A stretch of 64,000 nucleotides of DNA, from positions 168,206,001 to 168,270,000 of the forward strand of contig OZ024741.1 of the NCBI GenBank assembly GCA_964016885.1, written 5' to 3'. A program made the position numbers and the translations under genes. The notes beneath the pieces are model-generated. The model saw nothing but the letters and a program-made list of their open reading frames with translations, ran no database searches and was not told the origin of the DNA. This DNA is from Eledone cirrhosa (taxonomy: Eukaryota). Positions 12,063 through 25,410 of the stretch are shown here, in pieces (positions within the stretch are counted from its first letter, which is position 1; each line of letters starts with the position of its first letter).

Positions 12063-12441
12063 GAGTGAAACCGTGCACGGGATCTCCCTGCAACAAGTTT
12101 TAACACCCCGGCGGGCAGGCGCTGCAAAATAACACCCAGGAAACTAACCATGCATACCAGACCCAGCCTCAAACAACCCAGACAAACAGGTGCGGAAAAA
12201 CAAACGTCTCAAAATAAGCGTTGGTTACATGACCCTGTGCATATCGACAATGGTAAGGTTGTAACCTTATCTTGTAACGGATAAAAATTTGTCCGAGAAA
12301 GGCTGCCCTAACACCGGTCAGAGTTACCTCCCTTGACCTGCTGCAAAATCAAAACACGCTATTTTTGCGAGCAATGAACCTTGACGTGAATTTAACCCCC
12401 AAAACTCTTTCCGAGCAATGTAAGGAACACTTTTGGTTATT

Positions 12442-12485
12442 TATGCCCCTGAGAAGCCCAACTGGGCGAAACGTACGTGGATGCT
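12442..12485 (+). ncRNA. Minimal hammerhead-like motif, probably inactive copy
   Basis: CTGAGAA-gccc aact gggc-GAAA-C gtac G-TG; palindromic loop III; C3/A8 mismatch and GUG triplet. Confidence 0.45.
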
Positions 12486-12746
12486 GTTTTAAATAAACAT
12501 GTTTTAACGGTCTATTCTCCGATTTCTTACTTTTCTACGTGTTTACGCTCTGCTAACTCTCTAGCCCACTAAATATTAACACTTCGAATATTTAATACTG
12601 CAGGCACTAGTATCGAGCACTTTGGCATGCGCTACTTGGCAAATAACTATATGTATCACCTATCCTCCCCTTTTTTTCTCTCTCTCGATACGTAAATACT
12701 GTATTACCGTGCTCCTTTTGTAGAGCATCTCACCTTATTTGCCATT

Positions 12747-13760
12747 ATGTTGGAGAACCAGCCGTTACCCATGTCTCTCAAGTGTATCCCCTTACCCAGC
12801 AGAAAAACCTACCTCAAACTGCTTATAGACGCTACTAACTCGTTTATACAGAGAGCCAGATGGAAGGCCTACCACCTGGATAAGAACACCCGTAACTTTC
12901 CTGAACCTAAAGAGAGGTATGGCTTCAAAATATACCGAAACCCCCCGCACAACACCTTACTGGTCTCCTTTGAGGAGGACCTGCTGAAAATGATCAAAAA
13001 CGTTAAGCTCAGAAAGAAGCACCAATGCAGAAATCCATTCTTAACGTCCCTTGATACACTAATAACTAAGATCAAGAATGATTCGCACCTCTTCGTCACC
13101 TCCGACAAAACCAAGAAGCTGTACAAGATGGAGGCGAGTAAGTATAAAAAATTCATCTATAAGGAACTACACAAAGACTACAAAAAGACACCCTCTAGTA
13201 CCCTAAATGACATAAATAGAGTAGGGAAGGATATAGTCACCAGCTTAGAAATAGAAAAGTATACTAACCCGTACGTCCCTCTGACGCCTAGATTCTCTCT
13301 TAAGGATCACAAATCTAACTTTAATGAAAGCCCCTCTATTAGACTAATATGCCCCTCTACATCTGATATAGGTAAGATTAGTAAAGTGATCCTCGACAGA
13401 GTACTACTGGAGCTTAATAGAAAGGCTAAGGTCTGCCTCTGGGGCAACACCGACCAGGTCATAAATTGGTTCACCGAGTTGCCGGATCAAGCGACCCTGA
13501 AGTTCATCCAGTTTGACATAGATAGTTACTACGCCTCTATCTCCTCCATACTCATAAATAAGGCACTCATCTTAGCTAAATCTAACACTAGCCTCACTAA
13601 AAAAGAAATAGACATAGTTCTAGCGGCGCGTAGAACCATTATCCAGTTCGAAGCTCCCACTGGACCAGAACCAACCGTCCTGATAACTTCGATGTCACGA
13701 TGGGGTCCAGTGACTCAGCGCAAGCAACTGACCTGGTCGGGATATACCTCCTACATAAGC
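12747..13760 (+). pseudogene. Penelope-like element ORF N-terminus and RT, frameshifted and truncated
   Basis: SLKCIPLPS, FIQRARWKA, SDKT, LKDHKSNF..IRLI, FIQFDIDSYYASI; frameshift near 13650, then FDVTMGSSDSAQ in another frame; homologous to 49393-50358. Confidence 0.9.
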
Positions 13761-15053
13761 TTGTATATATGTCCATATTATTGTTCGTTTTATGTTAGAT
13801 TATTTTATTATTATTATGTTAGATTATTTTTGTTTATTATTATGTTAGACTATTTGTATGTAATATTTAATTTTTATTAATTCAACTATAACAATTATTA
13901 TGTAAAATATATTTATTTAATATCTTTGTAATTGAATATAGGCAGGGTTTGGATTGTAATACAAACTGCACTTTCTTTGTAAAAATTTGTAAAATTAATT
14001 TTTTTTAAATTTTGTTTGTAAAAGTTTGTACAAAGATCTTGAAAACGGCATGAGTTGGAAAACAAGCAGGCCGAGTATAGATCTGCAAATTCAGTCGTTA
14101 TATCTAAAAACGTACCGAGTTGGCTAAAAAGCAGGTCGAGTACAGATCTGCGTAGCGAGATAAAGTATTACAAAGAAAGGCTGTGTACAGAATTGTCAAT
14201 AAGATAATATACAGTCTTATCAGAAAGCTTACTATAAAAACAAAAATGTTCTTCGTAAGCGGTCTTTGCATCGAATAAGGAAACTAGAAAAAAATGCTTG
14301 ACTTCCGGATGCAGCATCAGATCTTGGTGCACAGATTTGTTAAGTCGTATAAAAAGACGATAATCGACACCAATCTTCGCAAGGAGGTACATATTCACGT
14401 GCAGAGTGTGTTCTCCAGATCTGTTGGTATGCGCAATTTTTTCTGTGTGCTCTTACAACGATAATTTATTATTAATATATATCATGTTTAACTAGAGTTA
14501 TTACAAGCGTTGCCTTAAAAAATATTAAACTAGACCTGAAAAATGCGCAAGCTCAAAAGAGATACAGAATGTTATAATAAACCTTCAAAATATTGTAATC
14601 ATTATCTATCGTACATTCTGTGGCATCCTTCATAAAAATATCACAATAAATACATCTATGTTTAATGTAATAACAGCTATAAATAATTACGTAATATCAT
14701 TATCATATACTCATAGTAACAAAATAATTGTGTTGAAAATTAATATGATGCTTATATGAACGATCAAATCTATAATGATAATTTTATAAATACACTAATA
14801 TTAAAATAATTTAGTTATATATTGTTACATTTTCATCGAACTATAACATTATCAATCGTATTGTGTCATCAAATTTTTATCACTGCAAACTTTCATATTG
14901 GAATTACCTTAAGCCACTTATCATTACTTCGCTTTCGTACTTTTACATATGTAGATATTCGGCTGTATCTTATATCTAATATCATGATCTCATGGTAATT
15001 TGCATGCAGTGTAAAATAGGTTTATTAATAACTTTAATATGAAATGTATTATA

Positions 15054-15141
15054 CAGGGCTGCGGAATCGGCCAAAAATTGACTGGCTCCAACTCCGGATC
15101 CGATACTCCATTATTTCCTATATTTCAGTTCCGCAGCCCTG
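15054..15141. mobile_element. 88-bp hAT-like MITE
   Basis: 13-bp TIR CAGGGCTGCGGAA / TTCCGCAGCCCTG; 8-bp flanks gtattata / ttattata. Confidence 0.75.
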
Positions 15142-15149
15142 TTATTATA

Positions 15150-15337
15150 ATAATTGTTTCTACTTTAGGCACAAGGCCAACAATTATCCAGTACATTACT
15201 GGTACTTTATTTTATCGACCCCGTAAGGATGAAAGGCAAAGTTAACCTCTACGGGATTTGAACTCAGACCGTAAAGGGACGTAACTATGCTGGAAAGCAT
15301 GGCGTCCGACTCTCTACCGATACTGCCAATCCACCGC
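15150..15337 (-). mobile_element. SINE family N
   Basis: Closely similar to 29300-29484. Confidence 0.85.
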
Positions 15338-16151
15338 TGTAAATCATATTTTTATGTTACACTCTAAGAATGAACTAAGTGAAATAGTGTAAAAAGAAAG
15401 GCATGGTTGGTTTAAGCTAATGTTCAATATCTCATATTAGATGTTTAGTAATGATTAATACGAAATGCACTTAAACCGAATTCTATATTATAAATTCATT
15501 TAAATAATTATCGTGTCGTCCTGAGTTCGTTATGAGTCTCTTTTTTTATAAAAGGATGTCACAGAATGTACGATAGATAATGATTACAATATTTTTGAGC
15601 AACAACTCTAGTCCCACACTTTTGAATGTTTATTATAACAGTTTGTGGCTCTTTTGAGCTTGCACATTTTTCAGGTCTAGTAATGTATGTATAGATTGCA
15701 TTACACTGCACATATCCATGTAATGTATTGCATACATATGTGATTAGTCAAATAGTATCAGGTTCATGCAATTTCAAAATATTTATATAACTGCAAGGAA
15801 GCGGTTCAGTTGATGTATTTTGATATTCCATAAAATATTTATAAGATTCTGTGTATGTATGTATGCATTATGTATATATGAGTGTATGTGTTTATGTATG
15901 CATGTATGTATATGTGTATGTATGAATTTATGTATGTATATGTTATGTATGTCTGTGTATATTTATGTATGTATGCATGTGTGTATGTATCTATGTGTAT
16001 ATGTATGTGTGTATGCATTGTGTATGTATGTATGTGAGTGTGTGTGTATGTATGCATGCATATATGTGCATATGCATGTGTATATGTATGTGTGTGTGTA
16101 TGCATGCATGTATGTACATACATATGTGTGTATGTATGTATATGTATGAAA

Positions 16152-16460
16152 GCATATGGTTTAGTGGTGAGGGTATTTGGCTCATAAGATCATGAGCTCA
16201 ATTCCTGCTGTGAGTGGCATTTTGTGTCATTTAGAAAGCCACTTTATTTCATATAGCTTCAGTCCACTCAGCTGGCAAAAAAATGAGTTGTTCCTGTAAT
16301 TCAAAGAGCTGGCCTTGTCACACTTTATCATGAATATCTATGAGGACTACATTTAGGGTATAAATGTCTGTGGAATGCTCAACTAATTGCCTATGGAATT
16401 AATATTTCATGAGCAGGCTGTTCTGTTGATCATACACTTGGAACACTAGTCATTGTAATC
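16152..16460 (+). mobile_element. Old CORE-like tRNA SINE
   Basis: Degenerate head TGGTTTAGTGG..GAGCTCAATTCC and body cactttatttc..cagtccactcagctgg. Confidence 0.6.
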
Positions 16461-16512
16461 AACAGATGCCCAACATGCTTACACATGCATATAGACACAC
16501 ACATATATATTA

Positions 16513-16757
16513 TAAAGAGTGACCACAAAAACACTCCTTGATTTCAAATACTTATAATATGAAAACTTAAATGAATAATCTTACAATATTGGTGGCTACA
16601 GTTGCATAACCTAACAAAATTTCATGTGGTATTGGTTGATATCATAGACACTTGATGTGTGCCCCTTTTGTTGTTCGGCAAACATCAATGTGATAATCAA
16701 GCTCAGTCCAGACTCTTAAGTATTTGAAATCAAGGAGTGTTTTTGTGGTCACCTTTA
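16513..16757. mobile_element. Tc1/mariner-like MITE
   Basis: About 40-bp TIRs gtgaccacaaaaacactccttgatttcaaatactta and its reverse complement; TA at the termini. Confidence 0.8.
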
Positions 16758-19532
16758 GGAGGAGCATGCTATTAATAAAAACTCATACACCAGTTGGGTT
16801 AGAAGTAAATAATACTGGTCAACAAAATTTTGCTTTGTTTTTCTGCTGACCAATGTTTGAGACCTATTCTTCAGTAATTTTGGGCCGTGGAGTTTAAAAA
16901 GAACAATACTAGTTTTCCATCAGATCAAGTTTTCACTTGGCCAACAAGAAGGGTATACAAAATATGTGTTTCCTGTGTTTATGAAATAACCAAACAAAAG
17001 ACAAACATGAAAACCTGATGTGTTAAGGGAAAATGGATGCCATTTTAAAAATCAGCACCGCAACATTAGCTAAGTCAGCATAAAGTTTGTTGACGAGTAT
17101 AATCCATTCCAAAGTTAGTTTAGTAAATGGATGGTTATCTAATTGTCAGAGCTCTTTTGTTACACATTTTGTATGTGCTATGTGCACACTCGTGTGTGTT
17201 TATCGTGTATGCATGTGTGTGTGTCTCTGTATTCAGTTACTTCTACAACTTTCTGTGTTTGGCATGTACATGCATGTGTGTCTGTGTGTGTTTGTTTTTC
17301 TACCAAGATTATGTGTGTCTGTGTTTAATCTGCATGTATGATTTATGAGAAGCAAGATATAAAGACACACACAGACACACATACACACAGGCACATATAC
17401 ACACAGGCTTGCATATACAACAGAAACTTGCAGAAGCAACAGTATACAAAGACACACACACACTTCAAAAAGACAAGATGGAATAAATAAAACAAATTCG
17501 AAATGAAGAGAAGAAGCATAGAAGCAAGTAGAGTCATTGAGACGGTTACAGATTGAAAGAACTTTGACAGTTAAATAACCATCCAGTTACTAAACTACCC
17601 AAGAACTGGATTAGTTATCTGACTAATAATGAAATTGAAGTGAAACTTAATTGGTACTTGTGCTCTTATTGGCAGCATAATCCTCCAATCATGAAGCAAA
17701 GTTTATTTGCCATGTTTGTATTTGCTTCTACAACAAATACAACAATTCTGGTTTATTTTCTATAGTTTTACTTCGCCCTCACAAAAGGAAAAATATGACT
17801 GCTTTGAATCATAAATACAATTGATGGTTATAATTGTTTCTACTTTTTGGCACAAGGCCAGCAATTACCCTAGTGTATTACTGGTACTTTATTTTATCGA
17901 CCCTGTCAGGATGAAAGGCAAAGGGTTATAATGTTTAATGATTATAATGTTCAACAGGGCCTCAGTGTTGTGTTACCAGTCTTTTTTTTTTTTTTTACCT
18001 TGGGCCATTCCCTTAACCCTTTGGCATTTAAAGTGGCCATATCCAGCCAGAATTCTCTGACCTTTTCTGTTCAAACCGGCCATAACCGGCCACTCATACA
18101 GACGTTAAGGTATTTTTCTCAAAATAAATAATATAAAAATCTCATAGATTCGATATTATGTGAGATAATTATGTAAAATAAAGGACTTACTGTGAAAATA
18201 CAATAGTAAGTCTAGAGTAATGTAAGTATTAAAGGATTAAAAAATGACTAGTTGGTTGTAAGTTAGCAGTTTTGATGCTAAAGAAATAGTTGTAATATTA
18301 ACCTGTAACCTGCAGCAAGCTGTGTTGTCAAAGCAGGAGATGTGTAAGAGAATGTGGCCAATGACAGTACTTTTATAATGACTGTTAGTTACTTTACAGA
18401 AAACAGATGGCCTTAGAAAATGTCCTCCTTTTGTATAATTGGTGCTGAGAGTCCTTCCACAAGGGAATTCTATCTATAGAGATCTCTGTAAGGTCATAGA
18501 CGGTTGTCCCCCTTGCTTCTGCTGGACATCACCAAACAGCTTGCATAGCTACAGCTTCCCAAAACCGTATTTCTTTGGAGATACGAAATCTTCATATTGT
18601 CTAAAGCTATGCTTGAAGCGAAATCCTATTTCTTATTTAATTTAATTTTATAATATGATAATTTTACTATTTGGTTTTGTAGATGTAGTAAGTTCTTTGT
18701 TAACTTTGGTGGGGAGATTTTTAAAAGATTCCTGGTTAACTTTCATGGAGAACTTTCCCGCATTCGTCGATGGTGATTGTCAAACTGATCTCAGGTTGTG
18801 TTGTGATGTGTGATTCTATATGTAAGATATTTGGGTGTGTTTGAGGTGGGGTTTGTTAATGAGGGTGGGAGTGAAGGGGGTGTTAATGAAGATTTAAAGG
18901 AATTAAAGCATATATATACACAAGAGGTGAAAGAAAATAGTGAATGATAAAAGCAAGATAATTGATTGAGAGTGGAGTTGTGAGTTGTTGGTCAGATTTG
19001 TTCCCTAGAGGTAATGTTGATGGGTGTTTAAGGAGTGTTTTAGAAAGGGCTTGTGAAAGTGCCTCCCTTCAATAGATGACCTTTGGTGAATAAAATAATA
19101 AAATATAATGGCCTGAGGCTTTTCAAATTTTTTTCTTTTAACTATCTTAAATTTATAAGATCTACAAAACAAAATTGTAAAATTATAATATTATAAAATT
19201 AAATTGTTTATAAATACAAGTGAAGCCATTCTTTTCCTTTTTTTAAAATAACTGTAGCAAGGATTTCACACATTTTCCAATATAAATTCAAATGAAATTT
19301 CATTTCAGTTAAATCTGCTTCTATACAAACAAGTATATCCAATCGATTTTTAAATCACTCCCTTGATAATGGACTTTTAAACTCGAAAATATTTGAGATC
19401 GTTAAATTTGCTAAGGTAAGATTCTTTTGTTATCTTGACAATTTAACATTCTCCACACGAATTGTATTGATCTTCAAAATTTAAATTTGTGTTTCCTATT
19501 AACCAATGCTCAAACAAGCTACAAAACTCTGA

Positions 19533-20195
19533 TCATCACCGTTTTACATCCATTCTTCCACGCTAGCATGGGTTAAATGGGTTGTCCTGTTGTGGGCAGT
19601 GTCCAGTCAGCTGACCTTGTCTTGCTTATACAGGAACTGATTCTGGCTTGATTTCTACAGCTGGATGCCCTTCCTAACACCAACCTCATTTACAGTAAGT
19701 GCTGGGTGCTTTTTTTCCATGGTGCCTACACAACCACTTTACAGTGTGGGCTCGGTGCTTTTCTGCTGTGGCACCTCCATGACCACTTTGTAGTGGAAGG
19801 GGGTGGGGGCATATTGTCTATATGCTAAGGCTTTGGCTTGAACCTGTGGGAAGTCAGGTCTTCTGTATTACTGCGTGATGCCAGAGGTCACGGTCGTGTG
19901 TCATCGCCCTTGAGAGATGCAATTGGGTAAGGTCGTCTTTTAACACCTCATCCCAGGTCTTCTTGGGTTTCCCCACTCCGCGGCTTCCATCGACTTCTAG
20001 TTCTCTGCACCTTTTTATGCAGCTGTCGTCCTTCATATGCATCACATGTCCATACCAACACAACCTCCTCTCCTACACATAGCATTTGATTCCTCTTATG
20101 CTCAGTCTCTCTCAATTCGTTTATGTTTTGCCGTTCGCGTATATTACTATTACACATCCATCAGAGCATGCAAGCTTTGTTTCTTTTTAATCTAC
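19533..20195 (-). mobile_element. 5'-truncated RTE LINE
   Basis: CWYGHVMHMKDDSCIKRC..WDEV plus 3' UTR matching 4020-4290. Confidence 0.93.
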
Positions 20196-22199
20196 GATAT
20201 ATAAATATACCTATCTATCTATCTATCTATCTATCTATCTCTCTCTCTCTCTCCTCTCTCTCTCTCTATATATATATATATAATAATAATGAGTAAAATC
20301 GAAGTGCCGCTGCAATTAGCATTTTTCAAAATCAATCTTCAGAAGCTGGTATGAAGCACTCAATGAGATGATATTGATAAATCGATAAATTATAGCTCGG
20401 GGTAATAACAATACTTAGGGGGTTTGACAAAGTGAAAATATATTGTACAGAGGGTCATGCTGCCAATAAAAATACACACACACATATGTAGATGTATATA
20501 TATATATTATGTGTGTGTGCTTGTGTGTGTGTGTGTGTGTAGATAGGTAGTGAGAGATATGCAGTGCAAAAGAGAGAGCAAAGGAAAGTTAATGTGTGTA
20601 TGTGTATGTTTATGCAAATGAATTGTGTTATTAGATAAAATTTAATGTATTTTCCATTATTGATAGTTAAAAGTTTCATATAGAATATTATTTATATTGA
20701 TTTAATTGATTTAATTGACTGTGTTACTACATCATCATCAATATGTGTTGTCTCACAAGATCACAGGGAGACTGATTCCATTGATAACTATGTGTCAATA
20801 AGAATATTTCTACTGGGATTGCCTTAGCATTGATATCATATCAAATGAGTCGTGCATAATCATTAGGGATAATTTTGGAAAAACTGGCTTATTACTGTAT
20901 ACATGGATGCAATTATTGAACCTTAAAGGATCACAGTTTTATGAAAATTTACATAATTAAATTAAATGTATAATAATTTCCTGTGATCACTAAAATCACT
21001 TTAGTGCATAGGGTCATTTAGTGGTATAACCCGTCATCTCAGGCTTAGTAATTTTCTTAGTTGGTTCAAAGCAAGATGTGTCGAAAATTAGGTTCATCAG
21101 CTTACTAAAATGTAAGTTGAAATTATTTAATTTTGGGAGGAGACACACATTGTAGGGCTATGTTATAGTACTAAAAAACAGGTATTGGCTTTTCGTGTAT
21201 AACTAGTGATTGCTTGTTAGCTTGCATTGTTGATCTCATAGTCTACTGAAATGAATAAAGATACATTCTCTCGTCTTAGTTTGAATAAAGCTAATATCAA
21301 TTTCATGAATACCTCTGATTATGACAGCTCAAACTATTACCTCTGTTTATTCAACTTGTGGGATTTACAGGAATTATTTTTTGTGTATTTACAGCATTAC
21401 CTAATAGATAGTGTAGCTGCTTGACTGAATATTTCAGAGTATTTAGTGCACAGTCGGGTTATGTAGCCCAGGCCAAACGACTCTCATTAACCATGTTGAT
21501 TCATGTATTAATTCTTTCCTTACAGTATTTCTAATAAAAGACACTACCTATGATTTTCAAAGAATTTTGAAAATAATCAAACGTGTGGGGATTTAGAAAT
21601 ATAACTAACTTTCTTATTGTTAAGCTGGTGTTTGAAACATAACTGAAGAAAGGTCCTTACATAAAATTATTATGGAGGGTTAGCAGATAAATATAAACAC
21701 TTTAAAACAAATAGTTTTGTATCATAGAACCAGGGTGAGTTTCAGTCAGTTTCATATCAATGTTTTAAGGATTTCAAAACCATTGACAGTTCATTTGAAA
21801 TCTGTGGAATCAGATTTCCACAGTGAATTGCTGAAACCTTTTCCTTTATCAAGTGAAGGCATGATATTTAATGATTAGGGTGTTGGATTCACAATTGTAG
21901 GGTCATGAGTTTGATTCTTGACCAGGCAGAACTTTGTGCCTTTGAGCAAGACATTTTTATTTCATATTACTCCAGTTCACTCAACTGGAAAAATTGAATT
22001 GTGATGACACTGGTTCCAAGCTATATCCAACTTTGCCGTTCTCTTGGACAATATATGATATTGTGTACACACCCACTCACTCTCACACACACACACACAT
22101 ATATATATATGAAACTAATACAACTTTATGTTGATGCTTTCTCTTGTTTGTTCATTTCTTGTTTTCTTGATATATATATATATTTGATATATATATATG

Positions 22200-22495
22200 T
22201 GGAGGCACATGGCTTAGTGGTTAGAGCATTGGTCTTACAATCGAAAGGTTGTGAGTTCAATTCTCAGACCGGGTGATGTGTTGTTTCCTTGAGCAAGACA
22301 CTTTATTTCACATTGCTCCAGTTCACTCAGTCCACTGCAAAGTGGTCGTGGAGGTGCCACGGCAAAAAGCACCCAGCACTCACTGTAAATGAGGTTGGTG
22401 TTAGGAAGGGCATCCAGCTGTAGAAATCAAGCCAGAATCAGTTCCCGTCCCACCCGTGCAAGCAGGGAAAAGTGGACATAAAATGAAATGATGAA
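22200..22495 (+). mobile_element. SINE family C
   Basis: tRNA head, CORE-like body and RTE-derived tail. Confidence 0.88.
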
Positions 22496-22685
22496 AATGA
22501 TTTGAAAATTTGAAAGAACCATCAACGTTGTTTGACTATGAAAAATAGTGTTATAAGTTGGGCATATATATCCTGAATGTGGAAAACTTATAAGACTATT
22601 TTTCATAGTCAAACAATGTTGATGCTTCTTTCAAATTCTCAAACTTCCTATCACTCAACAATTCTAAAAATAGATTGTTTATATA

Positions 22686-24112
22686 CAAGGTTTGTCCCAA
22701 AAGTAAGAGTACTGATTTTCCTATGTCCGACATGGTAATACTGTACCTTGTTGATGTATGTAGACATATTGCTAATGACCTTGGCTGCACGTACATACTT
22801 GTTTCAAAATGATCGATTGAGTCAGTCGTTGGTTATTGCTGTTTAATAACAGAGGTGTTTATAATCTCTGTTACATTTGTAATGCAGGAAAATATACGAT
22901 CAAATTTTCTGAGAAACTCAATAAATCTATCATCAAATCATTTAATTCTTTAATACAAGCTCATAGAGATGCCACTCTATTGAGTAAAAAGGTTTTTAAG
23001 TGGTACAAAGCTTTCAATGAAGGACAAGAAAATGTTGATGACAAACTTCGTTCTAGAAGGCCAATCTCATCAACAAATGAACAAAATGTGGAAGTGGTGC
23101 GAGCGGTGATGGCTAAAGATCACCGATTAAGTGTTAGGATGATTGCAGAAGAAACAGGCTTGGATAAAAATGCCATTCACAGAATGTTAACTGACCATTT
23201 TGCACAGGCAAAAAGTTTGTGCAAAACTTGTCTGTGGAGCAAAATTCGAACTGGCTGGAAATCTGTAAGGATTTGCTAGAGAGACTCGAAATTGATCCAA
23301 ATTTCTTGGATAAAGTAATAACTGTTTCTATTTTAGGCACAAGGCCAGCAATTAACCAGTACATTACTGGTACTTTATTTTATCGATGAAAGGCAAAGTT
23401 AACCTCAGTGGGATTTGAACTCAGATCATAATGCTTCAAAGCATGGTGTCCGACTCTCTACCGATACTGCCAATCCATCGCCCTTGGATAAAGTAATAAC
23501 AAGTGATGAATCATGGGTGTTTGAGTACAGTCCAGTGAGCAGTGGCACATGAAACATTCTTCTCATTCGATAAACAGCATGCATGATCAGATTGGGGAGA
23601 GGGGGGGGGGGATGATGATTATCAATTTTTTCGACAGCCATAGTATTGTTTTCAAAGACATTTTACCAAAAGGACAGACAGTTAATCTCACCTGCTTCAA
23701 AGATGTCTTGGAATGACATCGAAATGGGTCCTGCACAATGTTAATGCACCTGCTAACACAGCACTTTCAATTAGAGAATTTCTGGTGAAGAAAAACATTC
23801 CCACTCTTCCACATCTTCCCTACATCCCAGGGTCTAGCTCTGTGTGATTACTACCTCTTACCTAAGCTGAAATCAAAGTTGATGTGTCATCATTTTGGGA
23901 CTGGAAAACATACGAAAAATCGTAACCAACAAGCTAAGGACAGTCAAAGAAATTAACTTCTGGCTGGTACAACTACAATCAATGGAAAAACGCTGGAACC
24001 ACTATGTAACTTCCCAGGGGTCGTATTTTGAAGGAGATAGCTTGTAATTTCATGTATGCCTTATATACATTTAAATAAAACATAAGTACTCTTACTTTTG
24101 AGACAAACCACA
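22686..24112 (+). mobile_element. Decayed mariner transposon
   Basis: 28-bp TIRs caaggtttgtcccaaaagtaagagtact / agtactcttacttttgagacaaaccaca with TA flanks; HTH VFKWYKAFNEGQENVDD..RRP..SVRMIAEE; ITSDESWVF; HN.NAP. Confidence 0.93.
23323..23482 (-). mobile_element. SINE family N inserted in the mariner transposase
   Basis: 18-bp TSD cttggataaagtaataac at 23305-23322 and 23483-23500. Confidence 0.9.
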
Positions 24113-24899
24113 TATGTATGTATTAGTTGTGATGACACTAGTTCCAAGCTGTTTCAGAGTTTGCCTTTCCATTGGACAACATCAGAGTTTTGGTGAGGGG
24201 AGGCTGACATTGATGGGTGATTGTTAGACAAAACACATTGCTCAGGTTTAGGTAAACCTCTGATCAGTTAGTTATGGTTGCAAAACCCATGGCTAGTTAT
24301 GATCAAAAAGAGCCTTTTTATTTCCTTTTCATTTATCAGATCTAATATTCTGTGATAGGCAAGTAAACATCTTTATAATTATAGACTTTGTTTCCTGATA
24401 TATCTGTTTTATAGTGGATAGTAAATCAATGAGATGAAAACCTATGATATCTAAGAAATATGATTGCTCTATTCAGAAGAATAGATTTTGATGGAAATTT
24501 GAATCATACTAAAATTCTATAGAAGTGGATGATAATAATAATGAGGTAGATGCTAAGGCAATATTTGATAGAAGAATATCATCTGTCAACATTCAATTTC
24601 AGAAAAGGTTAATTAGAGAGTTCAAAAGTAATTACGATAGTATGATCTCATGCCATAGCTTATTGTGTAAGAAGAAAATAAACATGTAAATTCTTCTCAC
24701 AATATGTCCAATTATATGTGTATGATGGATCTCAGTTCCAATGATGAGTGTTTCAGTTGATTCAAACAGTGGAACAGTGTGTGACAAGGCTGGTGCTTTA
24801 GATTACACTTTAATGCAATTCTTTTTTTTTACTTGGTGGAAATCAAACTACTAAGCCTTTGTCCAATGCTCTAACAACTCTGTCAATTCATAGTCCCGC

Positions 24900-25040
24900 T
24901 CCTGCTGCTGCTACTACTGCTGCTGCTGCTGCTGCTATTACTACTGCTGCTGCTACTACTACTACTACTGCTACTACTACTATTTCCACCACCACCACTA
25001 CTAATACTATTTCCACTACTACTACTACTACTGCTGCTGT
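24900..25040. repeat. (CTG/CTA)n microsatellite
   Basis: Visible trinucleotide array. Confidence 0.9.
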
Positions 25041-25044
25041 TGGT

Positions 25045-25410
25045 AATAATTGTTTCTATGTTTGGCACAAGGCCAGCAATTACCCAGTGCATTACTGGTA
25101 CTTTATTTTATCGACCCCCGTAAGGATGAAAGGCAAAGTTAACCTTGGCAGGATTTGAACTCAGAATGGCAAGGGCCGTAACTCTATACATCAAAGCATG
25201 GCGTCCAATCCTCTACCAATACTGCCAATCCACCACTACTACTATTACTACTACTGCTGTTGGTAATAATAATGATTTCAAGAATAGGCACAAGGCCAGT
25301 AATTTGGGGGGAGTGGAAAGTCGATTAAATCGACCCCAGTACGTTACTGGTGCTTTATTTTAAAGGATGAAAGGCAAAGCTAACCTCGGTGGGATTTGAA
25401 CTCAGAACAT
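25045..25410 (-). mobile_element. Two adjacent family-N SINE copies
   Basis: 25045-25232 nearly complete; 25265-25408 is a variant copy. Confidence 0.8.

Larger units (their letters stand above)
14529..15681. mobile_element. Non-autonomous TIR DNA element, superfamily unassigned
   Basis: About 60-bp imperfect TIRs: actagacctgaaaaatgcgcaagctcaaaagag / ctcttttgagcttgcacatttttcaggtctagt; AT-rich interior. Confidence 0.75.

Noticed and set aside
15820-16195. ORFs rich in C/V/M/Y/H/T (also 240-540, 5914-6351, 24859-25158, 37712-38148, 46798-47153)
   Set aside because: Translations of microsatellites.
18400-19530. Possible further GIY-YIG/Penelope relics (also 32830-33500)
   Set aside because: Only faint motif traces (FYIGK, YYRGSTTK); too decayed to call by eye.
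22200-22275. SINE heads as functional tRNA genes
   Set aside because: No proper acceptor stem; they continue into SINE bodies.
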